This document shows, in pieces, positions 1 through 9,788 of a DNA stretch of 62,449 nucleotides. The DNA is taken from positions 1-62,449 of the forward strand of contig ONPK01000001.1 of the NCBI GenBank assembly GCA_900319675.1. Direction: 5' to 3'. Made by a program: the position numbers and the translations under genes. Position 1 is the stretch's first letter. The number at the start of each line of letters is the position of its first letter. Source of the stretch: an uncultured Bacillota bacterium (GTDB lineage: Bacteria > Bacillota_I > Bacilli_A > Erysipelotrichales > Erysipelotrichaceae). Below the pieces are notes generated by a model, which did not search any database, was not told where the DNA came from, and saw only the letters and a list, made by a program, of their open reading frames with translations.

Positions 1-162
1 AAGATCGACTATCTCGTACTCGTCAATAAGCTGAATCCACTGCCGCCAGACTGGGAGGATAATCTTAAGACCGTTCACTTTACAAATACGGTCGGAGACG
101 ATGTTGAAGTTGAGCAGAGAGCATATGATGCCTATCTCAAAAAGGCGACTGGGACATCGTAA
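1..162 (+). CDS. 3' end of a CDS cut by the window edge. The tail resembles the LVNK-x-NPLP segment of VanY/M15B-like peptidases but stops before any catalytic motif.
   Basis: Frame 1 is open from base 1 to TAA at 160-162: KIDYLVLVNKLNPLPPDWEDNLKTVHFTNTVGDDVEVEQRAYDAYLKKATGTS*. A terminator follows. Confidence 0.35.
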   Translation, partial: KIDYLVLVNKLNPLPPDWEDNLKTVHFTNTVGDDVEVEQRAYDAYLKKATGTS

Positions 163-177
163 CATCAGAATGACAGT

Positions 178-205
178 AAACAGACTTGAAAAAGTCTGTT
201 TTCTT
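178..205 (+). terminator. Rho-independent terminator
   Basis: 10-bp stem AAACAGACTT/AAGTCTGTTT with a GAAA loop, then a T-rich run. Confidence 0.7.
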
Positions 206-268
206 ATGCAGGAAGAACTTTCTTGCTTGTGACATAAATATTGTATAATGTACTAAAGGACTGATTAT

Positions 269-1987
269 ATGAGCAGAATACACGTACTGGATGAACATCT
301 GACAAACATGATAGCGGCTGGTGAAGTCGTTGAAAAGCCAATGGGCGTAGTTAAGGAACTCGTTGAGAATTCCATTGATGCCCAGGCAACCAGGATAATT
401 GTCAGAGTTGTCAATGGCGGAAGAGACATGATAGAGGTAAGTGATGACGGAATCGGAATGGATCAGGAAGATGCCGTCAGGGCTTTCAGCCGCCATGCGA
501 CCAGTAAGATATTAAGACCTGAGGATCTCTGGGACATTCATACCATGGGATTCAGAGGTGAGGCACTGCCTTCAATCGCCTCAGTCAGTAAGACCTCATT
601 ACTGACAAGCGATGGCAATCAGTCCACGGAAATAATCCTTGAGTACGGTAAGATCATCAAGGCCGGACCGGCAGCTTCAGCCAGAGGAACGACAGTCAGA
701 GTTGAAAACCTGTTCCTTAAGACGCCGGCCAGGCTGAAACACCTCAAGAGCGGCAATACTGAATTCAATGCGATCATTGACCTGATGCAGAAGTTTGCCC
801 TGGGAAATCCACAGATCGCCTTTGAGTTATACGCTGATGACAAACTCAAGCTACAGACACCAGGAAACGGCTCGCTTGATGAAACCATGATGCACATATA
901 CGGTCTGGAAACGGCCAAGAACAGCATCCCCGTTGAGTTCAGTGACTATGATTTCAGCGTCAGGGGCGTTCTGGTACTGCCAAGCATTAACAGATCAACA
1001 AAGCAGTACATTAACTGCTTCATAAACGGCCGTATTGTCAGAAGCTTCCTGATTCAGAAGGCCATCATTGACGCCTACAGGGAATTCATGATGCCGGACA
1101 GATATCCTGTCTGCGTACTTAACATAGATGTTGATTATCAGCTGGTGGACGTTAACGTGCATCCGTCAAAGTGGGAAATAAGACTGTCCAAGGAAAGACA
1201 GTTATGTTCACTGATCCAGACCAGTATAAACGAAATACTGAAGAAACAGTTCAAACCTGGCGAAATCAGGCTGCCTAAGCAAAACGTCAGGATAGAGGAA
1301 AAACCACTGTTTGAGACAACATACACTGAAGTAAGGCATGATGACGTTCTTCAGGAAAAAACAGAAGAATATGTTCCGGCTGAAAGGAAGGAAGAGCCGG
1401 CAGTAGTTGTTGAAAGATTCCAGTATCTGGCTCAGCTACACGGCAATTACATTCTGGCCTGTGATGAAGACAATCTTTACATAGTTGACCAGCATGCCGC
1501 CATGGAAAGGTGCATGTATGAAGACATACAGCAGGAAATCGAGAAAAATGACGTCATGACTCAGGATCTGATCGTTCCGCTGATGATCGAACTAACACCT
1601 GCTGAGATCCAGCAGATCGACAGGCTTAATGAAGTATTCAATGCCATTGGCGTTGAAATGGAAGGATTTTCCAGCAACAGCGTTCTGATCAGACGGGTTC
1701 CATTGTGGTTTGAAGACATAAACGAAGAGGAATTCATTCATGACCTGGTTGGAGAGATACTGAATGAAAAGAAGATGAATGTTCTGGATATCAGAAAGGA
1801 CAGGATAGCTTCACTGGCCTGCCACAGTTCAATCAAGTTCAACCACCGCCTTGATGCGATGGAAAGCCGAAAGCTGTTAAGCAGACTGGGAAGATGCGTA
1901 CAGCCATTCAACTGTCCTCATGGCAGACCAACCATGATGGCAATATCAGAGGCTCAGTTACAGAAGGAGTTCAAGCGTGTCCTATAA
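269..1987 (+). CDS. mutL: DNA mismatch repair protein MutL (endonuclease type)
   Basis: N-terminal GHKL motifs (IAAGEVVEKP, ELVENSIDA, DDGIGM), DQHAAMER endonuclease motif, C-terminal CPHGRP. Confidence 0.95.
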   Translation: MSRIHVLDEHLTNMIAAGEVVEKPMGVVKELVENSIDAQATRIIVRVVNGGRDMIEVSDDGIGMDQEDAVRAFSRHATSKILRPEDLWDIHTMGFRGEALPSIASVSKTSLLTSDGNQSTEIILEYGKIIKAGPAASARGTTVRVENLFLKTPARLKHLKSGNTEFNAIIDLMQKFALGNPQIAFELYADDKLKLQTPGNGSLDETMMHIYGLETAKNSIPVEFSDYDFSVRGVLVLPSINRSTKQYINCFINGRIVRSFLIQKAIIDAYREFMMPDRYPVCVLNIDVDYQLVDVNVHPSKWEIRLSKERQLCSLIQTSINEILKKQFKPGEIRLPKQNVRIEEKPLFETTYTEVRHDDVLQEKTEEYVPAERKEEPAVVVERFQYLAQLHGNYILACDEDNLYIVDQHAAMERCMYEDIQQEIEKNDVMTQDLIVPLMIELTPAEIQQIDRLNEVFNAIGVEMEGFSSNSVLIRRVPLWFEDINEEEFIHDLVGEILNEKKMNVLDIRKDRIASLACHSSIKFNHRLDAMESRKLLSRLGRCVQPFNCPHGRPTMMAISEAQLQKEFKRVL

Positions 1988-2885
1988 GATAATAGCCGTT
2001 GTCGGTCCGACAGCCGTAGGAAAAAGTGACGTGGGAGTCAGGCTCGCACAGCTTTTTGACGGCGAGATCATCAATGGCGACAGCATACAGGTATACAGAG
2101 AGCTGAACATCGGCAGCGCCAAGATAACCGAAAAGGAAATGGGAGGAGTAATTCACCATCTTCTTGACTATAAGAATGTCGGTGATGAATACAGTGTTCA
2201 GCACTTTCAGCATGATGCCAGGGAAAAGATCGATGAGATCGAGGAGAGAGGACATCTGCCGGTAGTGGTTGGCGGAACCGGTCTGTACATCAAGGCCTTG
2301 CTGTATGACTATTCATTTACTCAGATAGAGGGAAAGCTGAATGAATATGAGAACGAAAAGACGGAAGATCTTTATGAGAGGCTGTGTCAGCTGGATCCGA
2401 AGGCCGTTGAAGTAATACATCCGAATAACCGCAGAAGGATCGTCAGAGCTCTGCAGATGGCAGAAAGCGGCAATCTGAAAAGCGAACAGGAAGCCGGACA
2501 GAAACATGAGATGATCTATGATGCCTTCATTGTCGGACTGACCATGGACAGAAAGGTCCTGAAGGAAAGGATCGGCAGGAGAGTTGATCTGATGTTTGAA
2601 AACGGCCTGCTGGAAGAAGTAACACGCTTAAATGATAAATACGACTGGAACATGCATGGCTTGCATGGCATAGGATATAAGGAATTCAGAGATTATTTCC
2701 CGGGAAATATCACGCTGGATGAGGTTAAAGAACAGATAAAGACGCATACCAGACAGTTTGCCAAGAGACAGTATACCTGGTGGAATAATCAGATGCCTGT
2801 CAGATGGTATGACGTAAGTGAAGAAGGGTTTTTTGACAGAATAGTTTCAGATGTCAGGGAGTGGTTAAATGAAGAAGCTGATTAG
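1977..2885 (+). CDS. miaA: tRNA dimethylallyltransferase
   Basis: P-loop GPTAVGKS, GGTGLY, QFAKRQYTWW. GTG start overlapping the mutL end. Confidence 0.93.
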   Translation: MSYKIIAVVGPTAVGKSDVGVRLAQLFDGEIINGDSIQVYRELNIGSAKITEKEMGGVIHHLLDYKNVGDEYSVQHFQHDAREKIDEIEERGHLPVVVGGTGLYIKALLYDYSFTQIEGKLNEYENEKTEDLYERLCQLDPKAVEVIHPNNRRRIVRALQMAESGNLKSEQEAGQKHEMIYDAFIVGLTMDRKVLKERIGRRVDLMFENGLLEEVTRLNDKYDWNMHGLHGIGYKEFRDYFPGNITLDEVKEQIKTHTRQFAKRQYTWWNNQMPVRWYDVSEEGFFDRIVSDVREWLNEEAD

Positions 2886-4134
2886 GTTATTACTTGTTTT
2901 TTCAATGGTCATGGCAATGATAGGCTGTAATTCCGGTGAAAAGCCGGCAATTACGGAAGAAGAGATCGAAATTGCCGATTTTGATTACAGCAGGTATCAG
3001 GTTTATCCGGTTGAAAGTCACAAAGCCAATAGCGGCCGCCCGTACACCGACGATAATCTGCCTATATTTACCCGGAAGATGATACTTGAACTTCTTGGAA
3101 ATGAGGAGAATCAGGTATTTTCACCATTTAATCTGTACCTTAATCTGAATCTGATGGCCGGACTGACCAGCGGTGATGCAAGAAGGGAAATTCTCGACCT
3201 TCTGGGCAAGGAAGAAGATACATTACTGAAGGATTATCAGGCTCTGTGGAAAGCTTATTATGCAGATGACGGCAAAAGGGTATCAGAGTATGCCAATTCC
3301 ATCTGGCTTAATGAGAATCTTGATGTCAATGACGATAAGCTGAAACAGATTGCGGATGATTATTTCGTCCCGGGATTCAGAGGAGATATGGGCAGCAAGG
3401 ACTACACAAGGGCGTTCCAGTCATGGATGAATGACAACACGGGAAAAATGATGGGCAAGCAGATTTCCGGACTGGAGTTTGATCCGGGAACGCTGATGGC
3501 GGTAGCGTCAACCATATATTACTCAAACAGATGGCAGTATGAATACGATCCTCTGAAGACGAAAGATGCGACATTCCATGGTGTTAACTCTGACGTGAAG
3601 GTACCGTTCATGAACAAAACCTGTTCCGGATTCTATGTTGAAGGCAATGGATTCAGCGGAATCATGGACATGTTCGGTAACGGTGAAGGCTACATGCTGT
3701 TTCTGATGCCTGATGAGGGCGGAAGTATAAGAAGTGTTTTTGAGAGCGAGGACTTCATGAAGCTGATTGACGGATCGAGGGATGAATTGTTGATTCCGTG
3801 TTATCTGGATGTTTCATTACCGAAATTCGACGTTGACAGCAAGTTCAAAATTGAAGAGATCCTGCCGCGGCTTGGAGTAAGATCAATGTTTGATGCCGGC
3901 AGTAACGCATTCGCTGAACTTTCATCTACGCCAATGGAAGTTGATAAGATCGAACATGCCTGCCGTCTGATCCTTGATGAAGAAGGAGTAAAGGCAGCGG
4001 CCTATACCGTTGACATCATGTATGGCGGCGGACCGACGGAAAGAAGGAAGGTCGTTTTTGACAGACCGTTCATCTTCATGATCATGCCGGACATGAAAAA
4101 CGTACTGTTCTGCGGCGTTATCAATCAACTTTAG
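2869..4134 (+). CDS. Serpin-family protease inhibitor, predicted lipoprotein
   Basis: Signal/lipobox MVMAMIGC. Serpin core (FSPFNLYLNLNLMAGL). Hinge EEGVKAAAYT and C-terminal FDRPFIFMI. Confidence 0.8.
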   Translation: MKKLIRLLLVFSMVMAMIGCNSGEKPAITEEEIEIADFDYSRYQVYPVESHKANSGRPYTDDNLPIFTRKMILELLGNEENQVFSPFNLYLNLNLMAGLTSGDARREILDLLGKEEDTLLKDYQALWKAYYADDGKRVSEYANSIWLNENLDVNDDKLKQIADDYFVPGFRGDMGSKDYTRAFQSWMNDNTGKMMGKQISGLEFDPGTLMAVASTIYYSNRWQYEYDPLKTKDATFHGVNSDVKVPFMNKTCSGFYVEGNGFSGIMDMFGNGEGYMLFLMPDEGGSIRSVFESEDFMKLIDGSRDELLIPCYLDVSLPKFDVDSKFKIEEILPRLGVRSMFDAGSNAFAELSSTPMEVDKIEHACRLILDEEGVKAAAYTVDIMYGGGPTERRKVVFDRPFIFMIMPDMKNVLFCGVINQL

Positions 4135-4187
4135 TTGTAAGAACAGATAAATGGTGTAAAATAATAGAGCACGAAAGGGAATAAGAC

Positions 4188-4757
4188 ATGAAACTGATCG
4201 TTGGTTTGGGAAATCCGGGAGAGAAATATGAAAACACCAGGCATAATACCGGGTTTTTAGCCGTGGATAAACTGGCCGACATGATGAATGTCAGAATCAG
4301 AAGAAAAGCCTTCAGTGCATTGATTGAAAAGATAAACGTAGGCGGTGAGCAGGTCGTACTGATGAAGCCTCAGACCTACATGAATCTATCAGGAGAAGCC
4401 GTGGGAAAGGCCGTGAGATATTATCACCTGGATCCGGAAAGGGACATTCTGGTAATTTATGACGATCTGGACCTGCCGGCAGGAAAGATCAGATTAAGAG
4501 AAAAGGGCAGTGCCGGAGGTCATAATGGCATCAAGAGCATCATTGCCCATCTCCATACTGATTCCTTCTGCCGCATCAGAGTGGGCATCGGCAGTGAAAA
4601 CAAGCACGATACCATCGACTTTGTCCTGGGAAACAGCAGCGGCGAGGAAAGAAAGCTGTGGCTGGAAGCCATTGAGAGAGCCAGCCAGGCCGCAAGAGAG
4701 TTTATGACAGACCCGTTTCAGTCTGTTATGAATAAATACAACCGAGGAGAGAAATGA
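4188..4757 (+). CDS. pth: Peptidyl-tRNA hydrolase
   Basis: MKLIVGLGNPG..YENTRHNTGF, GGHNGIKSI. Confidence 0.95.
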   Translation: MKLIVGLGNPGEKYENTRHNTGFLAVDKLADMMNVRIRRKAFSALIEKINVGGEQVVLMKPQTYMNLSGEAVGKAVRYYHLDPERDILVIYDDLDLPAGKIRLREKGSAGGHNGIKSIIAHLHTDSFCRIRVGIGSENKHDTIDFVLGNSSGEERKLWLEAIERASQAAREFMTDPFQSVMNKYNRGEK

Positions 4758-7700
4758 TCGATTTGTGGAAGTCTCTGCAAAGGGATGAAGCAGTCTGGGC
4801 ATTGACTGAAGATGAACCCGGATTATCCGCAATGACTCCCGATGCAGAAGCGTTGACTGTAGCCGCCTCATTCCGTCAGAAACCGCGAATGATGGTGGTA
4901 GTCAAGTATAACCTATATACAGCACAGCAGCTTTACCGAAAGCTGACCCCCCTGTTGGAGAGTGATGTGCTGATTTTCAGCGTGGAAGAATCATTGAGAG
5001 TAGAGGCAATCGCTTCATCTCCAACCATGTACGCTTCCCAGATGGAGACCCTTACTCAGCTTTGTCTGCATGAGGAACCAAAGGTCATCATAACCCATCC
5101 GGCAGCCCTGGTCAGATACATGCCTCAGGTTGACGTCTTCAGAAGACATATTATAGACCTTAAGACCGGCAATACCGTCAGCATGGCTGAATTAAGAAAA
5201 CTGCTGATTGAAAGCGGCTACCGCTATACCAACAGGGTTGATCAGCCTCTGACCTTCTCAAGCCGTGGTGACGTAATAGATGTTTTTACCATTCAGGAAA
5301 ACTATCCGGTCAGAATTGAATTCTTTGACGATGAGATCGACAGCATCCGCTTCTTTGATCTCAATACCCAGAGAACAATTCAGCACGTAAAGGAAGTTAA
5401 GATCGTTCCGGCCAGCATCATGATCTATGATGAAGATTTTGATGAGGTCGAAAAGAGGATCAGAGTTCAGTTGGAAAGGGACATTAAGAGATGTGACTTC
5501 CCGGAAGAACTTGAAGGTAACGTGGAGAGAGACATTGACTATCTAAGAAACCACATCTTCGAACACTATCTGTACCGTTACAGATGTTTCTTCAATGAAA
5601 CCGGACGATTCCTTGACTATGTAAGAGACCCGCAGATCATACTGTCTACGGAAGAGGAAATACAGAATAACATCACACAGCTCAATGATGAAACGACCGA
5701 ATTCATCAGAGAGACCTTTGAAGCAGGGCATGGACTCTGTTATTTCAGCGTATATGCCGATTATTACCGCAGCGTCTCCGGCATGCACTGTTACGGCATC
5801 GGCGTATTCAATGACTACAAGCATCCGATAAGAAGCGGAGTTTCACCGGTATTCTTCCCGGAACTGCCGCTGGCCAAGGCCGTTGACGAGATATTGAGAC
5901 TGACCCGTAGCCGTCAGGTCATACTGGCTCTGACGGAAGGCAACCGCAAGATGATCACCGAAGAGATGTACGACAGGGGAGTGCTGGCCGATAAGGAAGT
6001 AACCTTCATGCCGGAACTGTTTGAATCGGGTTTTAACTATGAGAACATCGTCGTACTGACAGCCAGAGAGCTGTTCGGCACCAACATCCGCAAAGGCAGA
6101 TATTCAAGAAAGTTCAATGAGGCCATTCAGCTGGATGACTATCAGGATCTTAATGAGGGCGACTATGTCGTTCATAACAACTACGGCATCGGCCGTTATC
6201 AGGGCATCGTAACCCGGGAGATCAGGGGAAATCACCGTGATTATCTGAGGATCCTGTACAAGGATGATGATGAATTACTGGTACCGCTGGAACAGTTCAG
6301 ACTGGTCAGAAAGTTTGTCGGTTCCGAAGGCGTAGGCATCAGACTGAACAAAATAGGTTCAAGTACCTGGAACAAGACCAAGGAAAAGCTCAAGGCTGAC
6401 GTTGATGACATCGCCGCCAGACTTGTGCAACTTTATTCCGACAGAGAGAAGAACATCGGTTTTGCCTTCTCGCCGGATGACGAGAGAACCAGGGAATTTG
6501 AGAAGAACTTTGAGTTTGAACTGACAAGAGACCAGAAGACGGCCATCAGGGAAGTCAAGAAGGACATGGAAAGCACCAAGCCGATGGACAGACTGCTATG
6601 CGGGGACGTTGGCTTCGGCAAGACGGAAGTTGCCATGGTTGCGGCCTTCAAGGCCATCAATAATCTGAAACAGGTGGCATATCTGTGTCCGACGACCATT
6701 CTATCCCGTCAGCATTACAATACCTTTACGGAAAGATTCAAGGGGTTTCCGGTAAAGATCGCTCTCATAAACAGATTTGTCATTGAAAGCGAGCAGAAGA
6801 GAATACTTAAGGAAGTAAAGGAAGGCAAGATCGACATCCTCATCGGTACGCACAGATTACTGAGTCAGGATGTTGAGTTTGAGGATCTTGGACTTCTGAT
6901 CATAGATGAGGAACAGCGCTTTGGCGTTCAGGCTAAGGAAAAGATAAAGGAACTGAAGAGAACCATAGACGTTCTTTCCCTTTCAGCTACGCCTATCCCC
7001 AGAACGCTGCAGATGTCACTGATAGGCGTAATGTCCCTTTCACAGCTGGATACCCCGCCGATGAACAGGATGCCTATCCAGACCTATGTTGTTGAAAAGA
7101 ACGAGTATCTGGTAAAGGAAGTAATACAGAGGGAACTTGCCCGTAAGGGACAGGTATTCTACCTCCATAACAATACCGCATCAATATACAAGGTTGCCGC
7201 CAAGCTGGAGACTCAGCTGCCGGAAGCCAGAATTGCCGTGGCTCACGGTCAGATGAACAGGGATGAGATCGAGGATGTCATGTACAGGTTCATCTCCGGT
7301 GAATATGACGTACTGGTATGTACGACGATCATTGAAACGGGCATAGACATTTCCAATGCCAATACCATCATCATTGACAAGGCCGATACCTTCGGACTTT
7401 CCCAGCTGTATCAGATCAGGGGACGTGTCGGCAGAAGCGACAGGATCGCCTATGCCTATCTGATGCACGATCCTCAGAGGCAGTTATCCGAGGTAGCTAC
7501 CAAGAGATTGCAGGCCATCAAGGACTTTACGGAACTGGGCAGTGGCTACAAGGTAGCCCTGAGAGACCTTACCATAAGGGGTGCCGGCGACCTGTTAGGT
7601 GAAAAGCAGGCCGGCTTCATCAATACGGTAGGCATGGACATGTATCTGGACATGTTGCAGGACGCCCTGAATGAAAAGAAGGGCATAGTGGTGCCGCATG

Positions 7701-8167
7701 AAGAGGTAGTCAGAAAGAAGATCAGCGATGTTGACGGTTACATTCCGGAAAACTTCGCTCCACAGGACTATGAAAAGATCACGCTGTATCAGCGCATTGA
7801 TAAGCTGAAGAGTCTGGCTCAGTTGAGCGAACTGGAAGCTGAGATCACTGACCGCTACGGCAAGCTGCCGAATGCGGTAAAACTGCTGTTTGAAAAGAAG
7901 AGAATAGAGGTCATGCTGGAAAGTTACCGTTTTGACAGAATGGATGAACTGGAAAAGGAATGCCGGCTGGTATTGTCGGAGGAGTTCAGTCAGAGTGTTG
8001 ACGGGGTTAAGCTGTTTGAGCAGATAATGAATTTATCTTCAGACATAAAACTGCGCTATAATCATAATAAGATAGCTCTGATATTTGCCAAGAAGAAGAA
8101 CTGGCTGCAGTATGTAAACAGAGCAATGATCATAATTGAAAAAATGGGTGATAAGAATGAGGCTTGA
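4754..8167 (+). CDS. mfd: Transcription-repair coupling factor
   Basis: 1137 aa. CarD-like RID (GDYVVHNNYGIGRY), SF2 helicase motifs (GDVGFGKTEVA, DEEQRFG, SATPIPRT, QIRGRVGR). Confidence 0.95.
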   Translation: MIDLWKSLQRDEAVWALTEDEPGLSAMTPDAEALTVAASFRQKPRMMVVVKYNLYTAQQLYRKLTPLLESDVLIFSVEESLRVEAIASSPTMYASQMETLTQLCLHEEPKVIITHPAALVRYMPQVDVFRRHIIDLKTGNTVSMAELRKLLIESGYRYTNRVDQPLTFSSRGDVIDVFTIQENYPVRIEFFDDEIDSIRFFDLNTQRTIQHVKEVKIVPASIMIYDEDFDEVEKRIRVQLERDIKRCDFPEELEGNVERDIDYLRNHIFEHYLYRYRCFFNETGRFLDYVRDPQIILSTEEEIQNNITQLNDETTEFIRETFEAGHGLCYFSVYADYYRSVSGMHCYGIGVFNDYKHPIRSGVSPVFFPELPLAKAVDEILRLTRSRQVILALTEGNRKMITEEMYDRGVLADKEVTFMPELFESGFNYENIVVLTARELFGTNIRKGRYSRKFNEAIQLDDYQDLNEGDYVVHNNYGIGRYQGIVTREIRGNHRDYLRILYKDDDELLVPLEQFRLVRKFVGSEGVGIRLNKIGSSTWNKTKEKLKADVDDIAARLVQLYSDREKNIGFAFSPDDERTREFEKNFEFELTRDQKTAIREVKKDMESTKPMDRLLCGDVGFGKTEVAMVAAFKAINNLKQVAYLCPTTILSRQHYNTFTERFKGFPVKIALINRFVIESEQKRILKEVKEGKIDILIGTHRLLSQDVEFEDLGLLIIDEEQRFGVQAKEKIKELKRTIDVLSLSATPIPRTLQMSLIGVMSLSQLDTPPMNRMPIQTYVVEKNEYLVKEVIQRELARKGQVFYLHNNTASIYKVAAKLETQLPEARIAVAHGQMNRDEIEDVMYRFISGEYDVLVCTTIIETGIDISNANTIIIDKADTFGLSQLYQIRGRVGRSDRIAYAYLMHDPQRQLSEVATKRLQAIKDFTELGSGYKVALRDLTIRGAGDLLGEKQAGFINTVGMDMYLDMLQDALNEKKGIVVPHEEVVRKKISDVDGYIPENFAPQDYEKITLYQRIDKLKSLAQLSELEAEITDRYGKLPNAVKLLFEKKRIEVMLESYRFDRMDELEKECRLVLSEEFSQSVDGVKLFEQIMNLSSDIKLRYNHNKIALIFAKKKNWLQYVNRAMIIIEKMGDKNEA

Positions 8168-8435
8168 CAAGTATCTCAAGGTTGCCAGGATACTGAAGAG
8201 AAGAACGGTATCCAAGGAACTGGCCGCCAATCAGAGAGTAGTAGTAAACGGAAGAGTGGCAAAACCTTCCACAGACATAAAACCAGGAGATGTCATTGAG
8301 GTGACTTTCGGCCAGCGCTGTCTGGTAGTCAGAGTGCTGGAAGTAAGGGATGTTGTCAGAAAGAATGACGCTGACAGTCTTTATGAAGTCATCGAAGAAA
8401 GACATGTTGAGGAAAATGTTGAAATTTCACAATAA
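8157..8435 (+). CDS. rqcP: S4-domain RNA-binding protein, YabO/RqcP-like
   Basis: MRLDKYLKVARILKRRTVSKELA.. S4 fold, with the mfd-yabO synteny seen in Bacillus. The ORF opens at 8136, but family proteins start at MRLDK. Confidence 0.75.
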   Translation: MRLDKYLKVARILKRRTVSKELAANQRVVVNGRVAKPSTDIKPGDVIEVTFGQRCLVVRVLEVRDVVRKNDADSLYEVIEERHVEENVEISQ

Positions 8436-8473
8436 TCTGTATATTATTAGTATTACCGGTGAGGTGAAACTCA

Positions 8474-8788
8474 GTGACTGAAAAGAAGAATACCAAGAAA
8501 AAGAAAAAACCGATGAACATCGTCGTTACCGTTATCCTGTGCGCAGCCATGATCTGGGGCATAGTTTATTTCGTATGGCAGATAACCAAGGAAGTAGGCA
8601 CGACCTTTACCCTGATAGCTGACATCAACGATGCCAAGAAGGAACTGGCTGAACTGGAAGAGGAACAGGAACACCTCTTACTGCAGAAGGAACGTCTGAT
8701 GGACGATGAATACGTAAAATCCTGGGCCAGAGGAGAATTCCTCCTGGTAAAGGAAGGGGAAGAAATCTACAGGCTTCCGGGAAACTAA
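8474..8788 (+). CDS. divIC: Septum formation initiator (DivIC/FtsB family)
   Basis: Basic N-terminus, one TM helix, a coiled coil (KKELAELEEEQEHLLLQKERL), then ..YVKSWARGEF. Confidence 0.75.
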   Translation: MTEKKNTKKKKKPMNIVVTVILCAAMIWGIVYFVWQITKEVGTTFTLIADINDAKKELAELEEEQEHLLLQKERLMDDEYVKSWARGEFLLVKEGEEIYRLPGN

Positions 8789-8809
8789 CAGGTTGAAGAA
8801 CCTGTTTTT
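8787..8809 (+). terminator. Rho-independent terminator
   Basis: Stem CAGGTT/AACCTG with a GAAG loop, then TTTTT. Confidence 0.6.
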
Positions 8810-8820
8810 AGGTGATTGAT

Positions 8821-9306
8821 ATGCTGGCAAGAATAATAAAGATACTGGGAATACTCATAACGGCACTGGTAATAATCGTGACGGTCATGATTGCGGTTCC
8901 GATGGAAAAGTACGTCGTGGAATCTCCAAGCATGGAGCCTGAACTGCCTGTCGGTAGCATCATCTATGTGTACGGGGACAGTCCCTATAACATTGAAGAG
9001 GGAGACATAATCGTCTTCAGGGCGTCCGGAGCAACGACTCCTACGACGCACAGGGTGGTGGAGAACGATACTAACAGTCACCAGTTCATCACCAAGGGCG
9101 ATAACAATCCTGATAACGATATTTCTCCGGTATCCTATGTTAATTACGTTGGAAAGGTCATGTTCCATCTGCCGGTGATCGGTCATGTTCTGGCTGAAGT
9201 AACTACCGGAAAAGGCCGGATCATGCTGATAATCACGGCAGCTTCCGGACTGTTACTGGTACTGATCGGCGATCTGATGATCAAAAAGAAGGATGAAACC
9301 GAGTAA
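8821..9306 (+). CDS. Signal peptidase I, SipW/ER-archaeal type (S26B)
   Basis: SPSMEP (catalytic Ser), THRV (His), GDNN. SD AGGTGA lies 5 nt upstream of ATG 8821. The ORF opens at GTG 8812. Confidence 0.8.
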   Translation: MLARIIKILGILITALVIIVTVMIAVPMEKYVVESPSMEPELPVGSIIYVYGDSPYNIEEGDIIVFRASGATTPTTHRVVENDTNSHQFITKGDNNPDNDISPVSYVNYVGKVMFHLPVIGHVLAEVTTGKGRIMLIITAASGLLLVLIGDLMIKKKDETE

Positions 9307-9363
9307 CTGATATACAAAAGGCCGGTTTTCTAGTAAACTAGAATAGTAAGAGGAGAACGAAAT

Positions 9364-9738
9364 ATGATTTATGGAGTAGGAATTGATTCAGTAACGATCA
9401 GCGTAGTAGAGCGCTTTTTAGATAATCCTGAATACGCAAAAGACATTTTTACAGATGCAGAGGAAAAGCTGGCTGACACACAGGCCGACCGCATTGACTT
9501 CTTCGCCGGCGTTTATGCCGCCAAGAGTGCAGTATGGAAGTCAGTAGACCATCTGATCGCCGGCAAGCTTGATAACATTGACATCGAGGTACTTGAATAT
9601 GAAGATGGTGCCCCATATGTCAACATTACCGGCAGATTAAAGGAACTGCTGGAACCAACAGGCGTCAGTGATATCAGAGTATCAATTACGACTGAAGGCG
9701 ACACAGCCAGCGCAATCGCAATTGCTCAGGGCAAGTAA
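9364..9738 (+). CDS. acpS: Holo-ACP synthase
   Basis: MIYGVGIDSV.., 124 aa, AKSAVWKS, typical 4'-phosphopantetheinyl transferase. Confidence 0.9.
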   Translation: MIYGVGIDSVTISVVERFLDNPEYAKDIFTDAEEKLADTQADRIDFFAGVYAAKSAVWKSVDHLIAGKLDNIDIEVLEYEDGAPYVNITGRLKELLEPTGVSDIRVSITTEGDTASAIAIAQGK

Positions 9739-9748
9739 GTAAGATACG

Positions 9749-9773
9749 GCACTTCGTTTTGAAGTGCTTTTTT
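9749..9773 (+). terminator. Rho-independent terminator
   Basis: Stem GCACTTC/GAAGTGC followed by TTTTTT. It lies inside the long ORF call 9759.., which supports the downstream start. Confidence 0.75.
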
Positions 9774-9788
9774 GTTGGAGGGCATCAT

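Noticed and set aside
137-496. Minus-strand ORF overlapping the mutL start. The track also lists many similar antisense or out-of-frame ORFs, for example 619-927, 5543-5824, 17687-18001, 22151-22489, 41933-42391, 43735-44238 and 57331-57894.
   Set aside because: They lie entirely inside long ORFs with clear family motifs on the other strand or frame. They have low-complexity or Ser/Leu-rich translations and no RBS. These are shadow ORFs.
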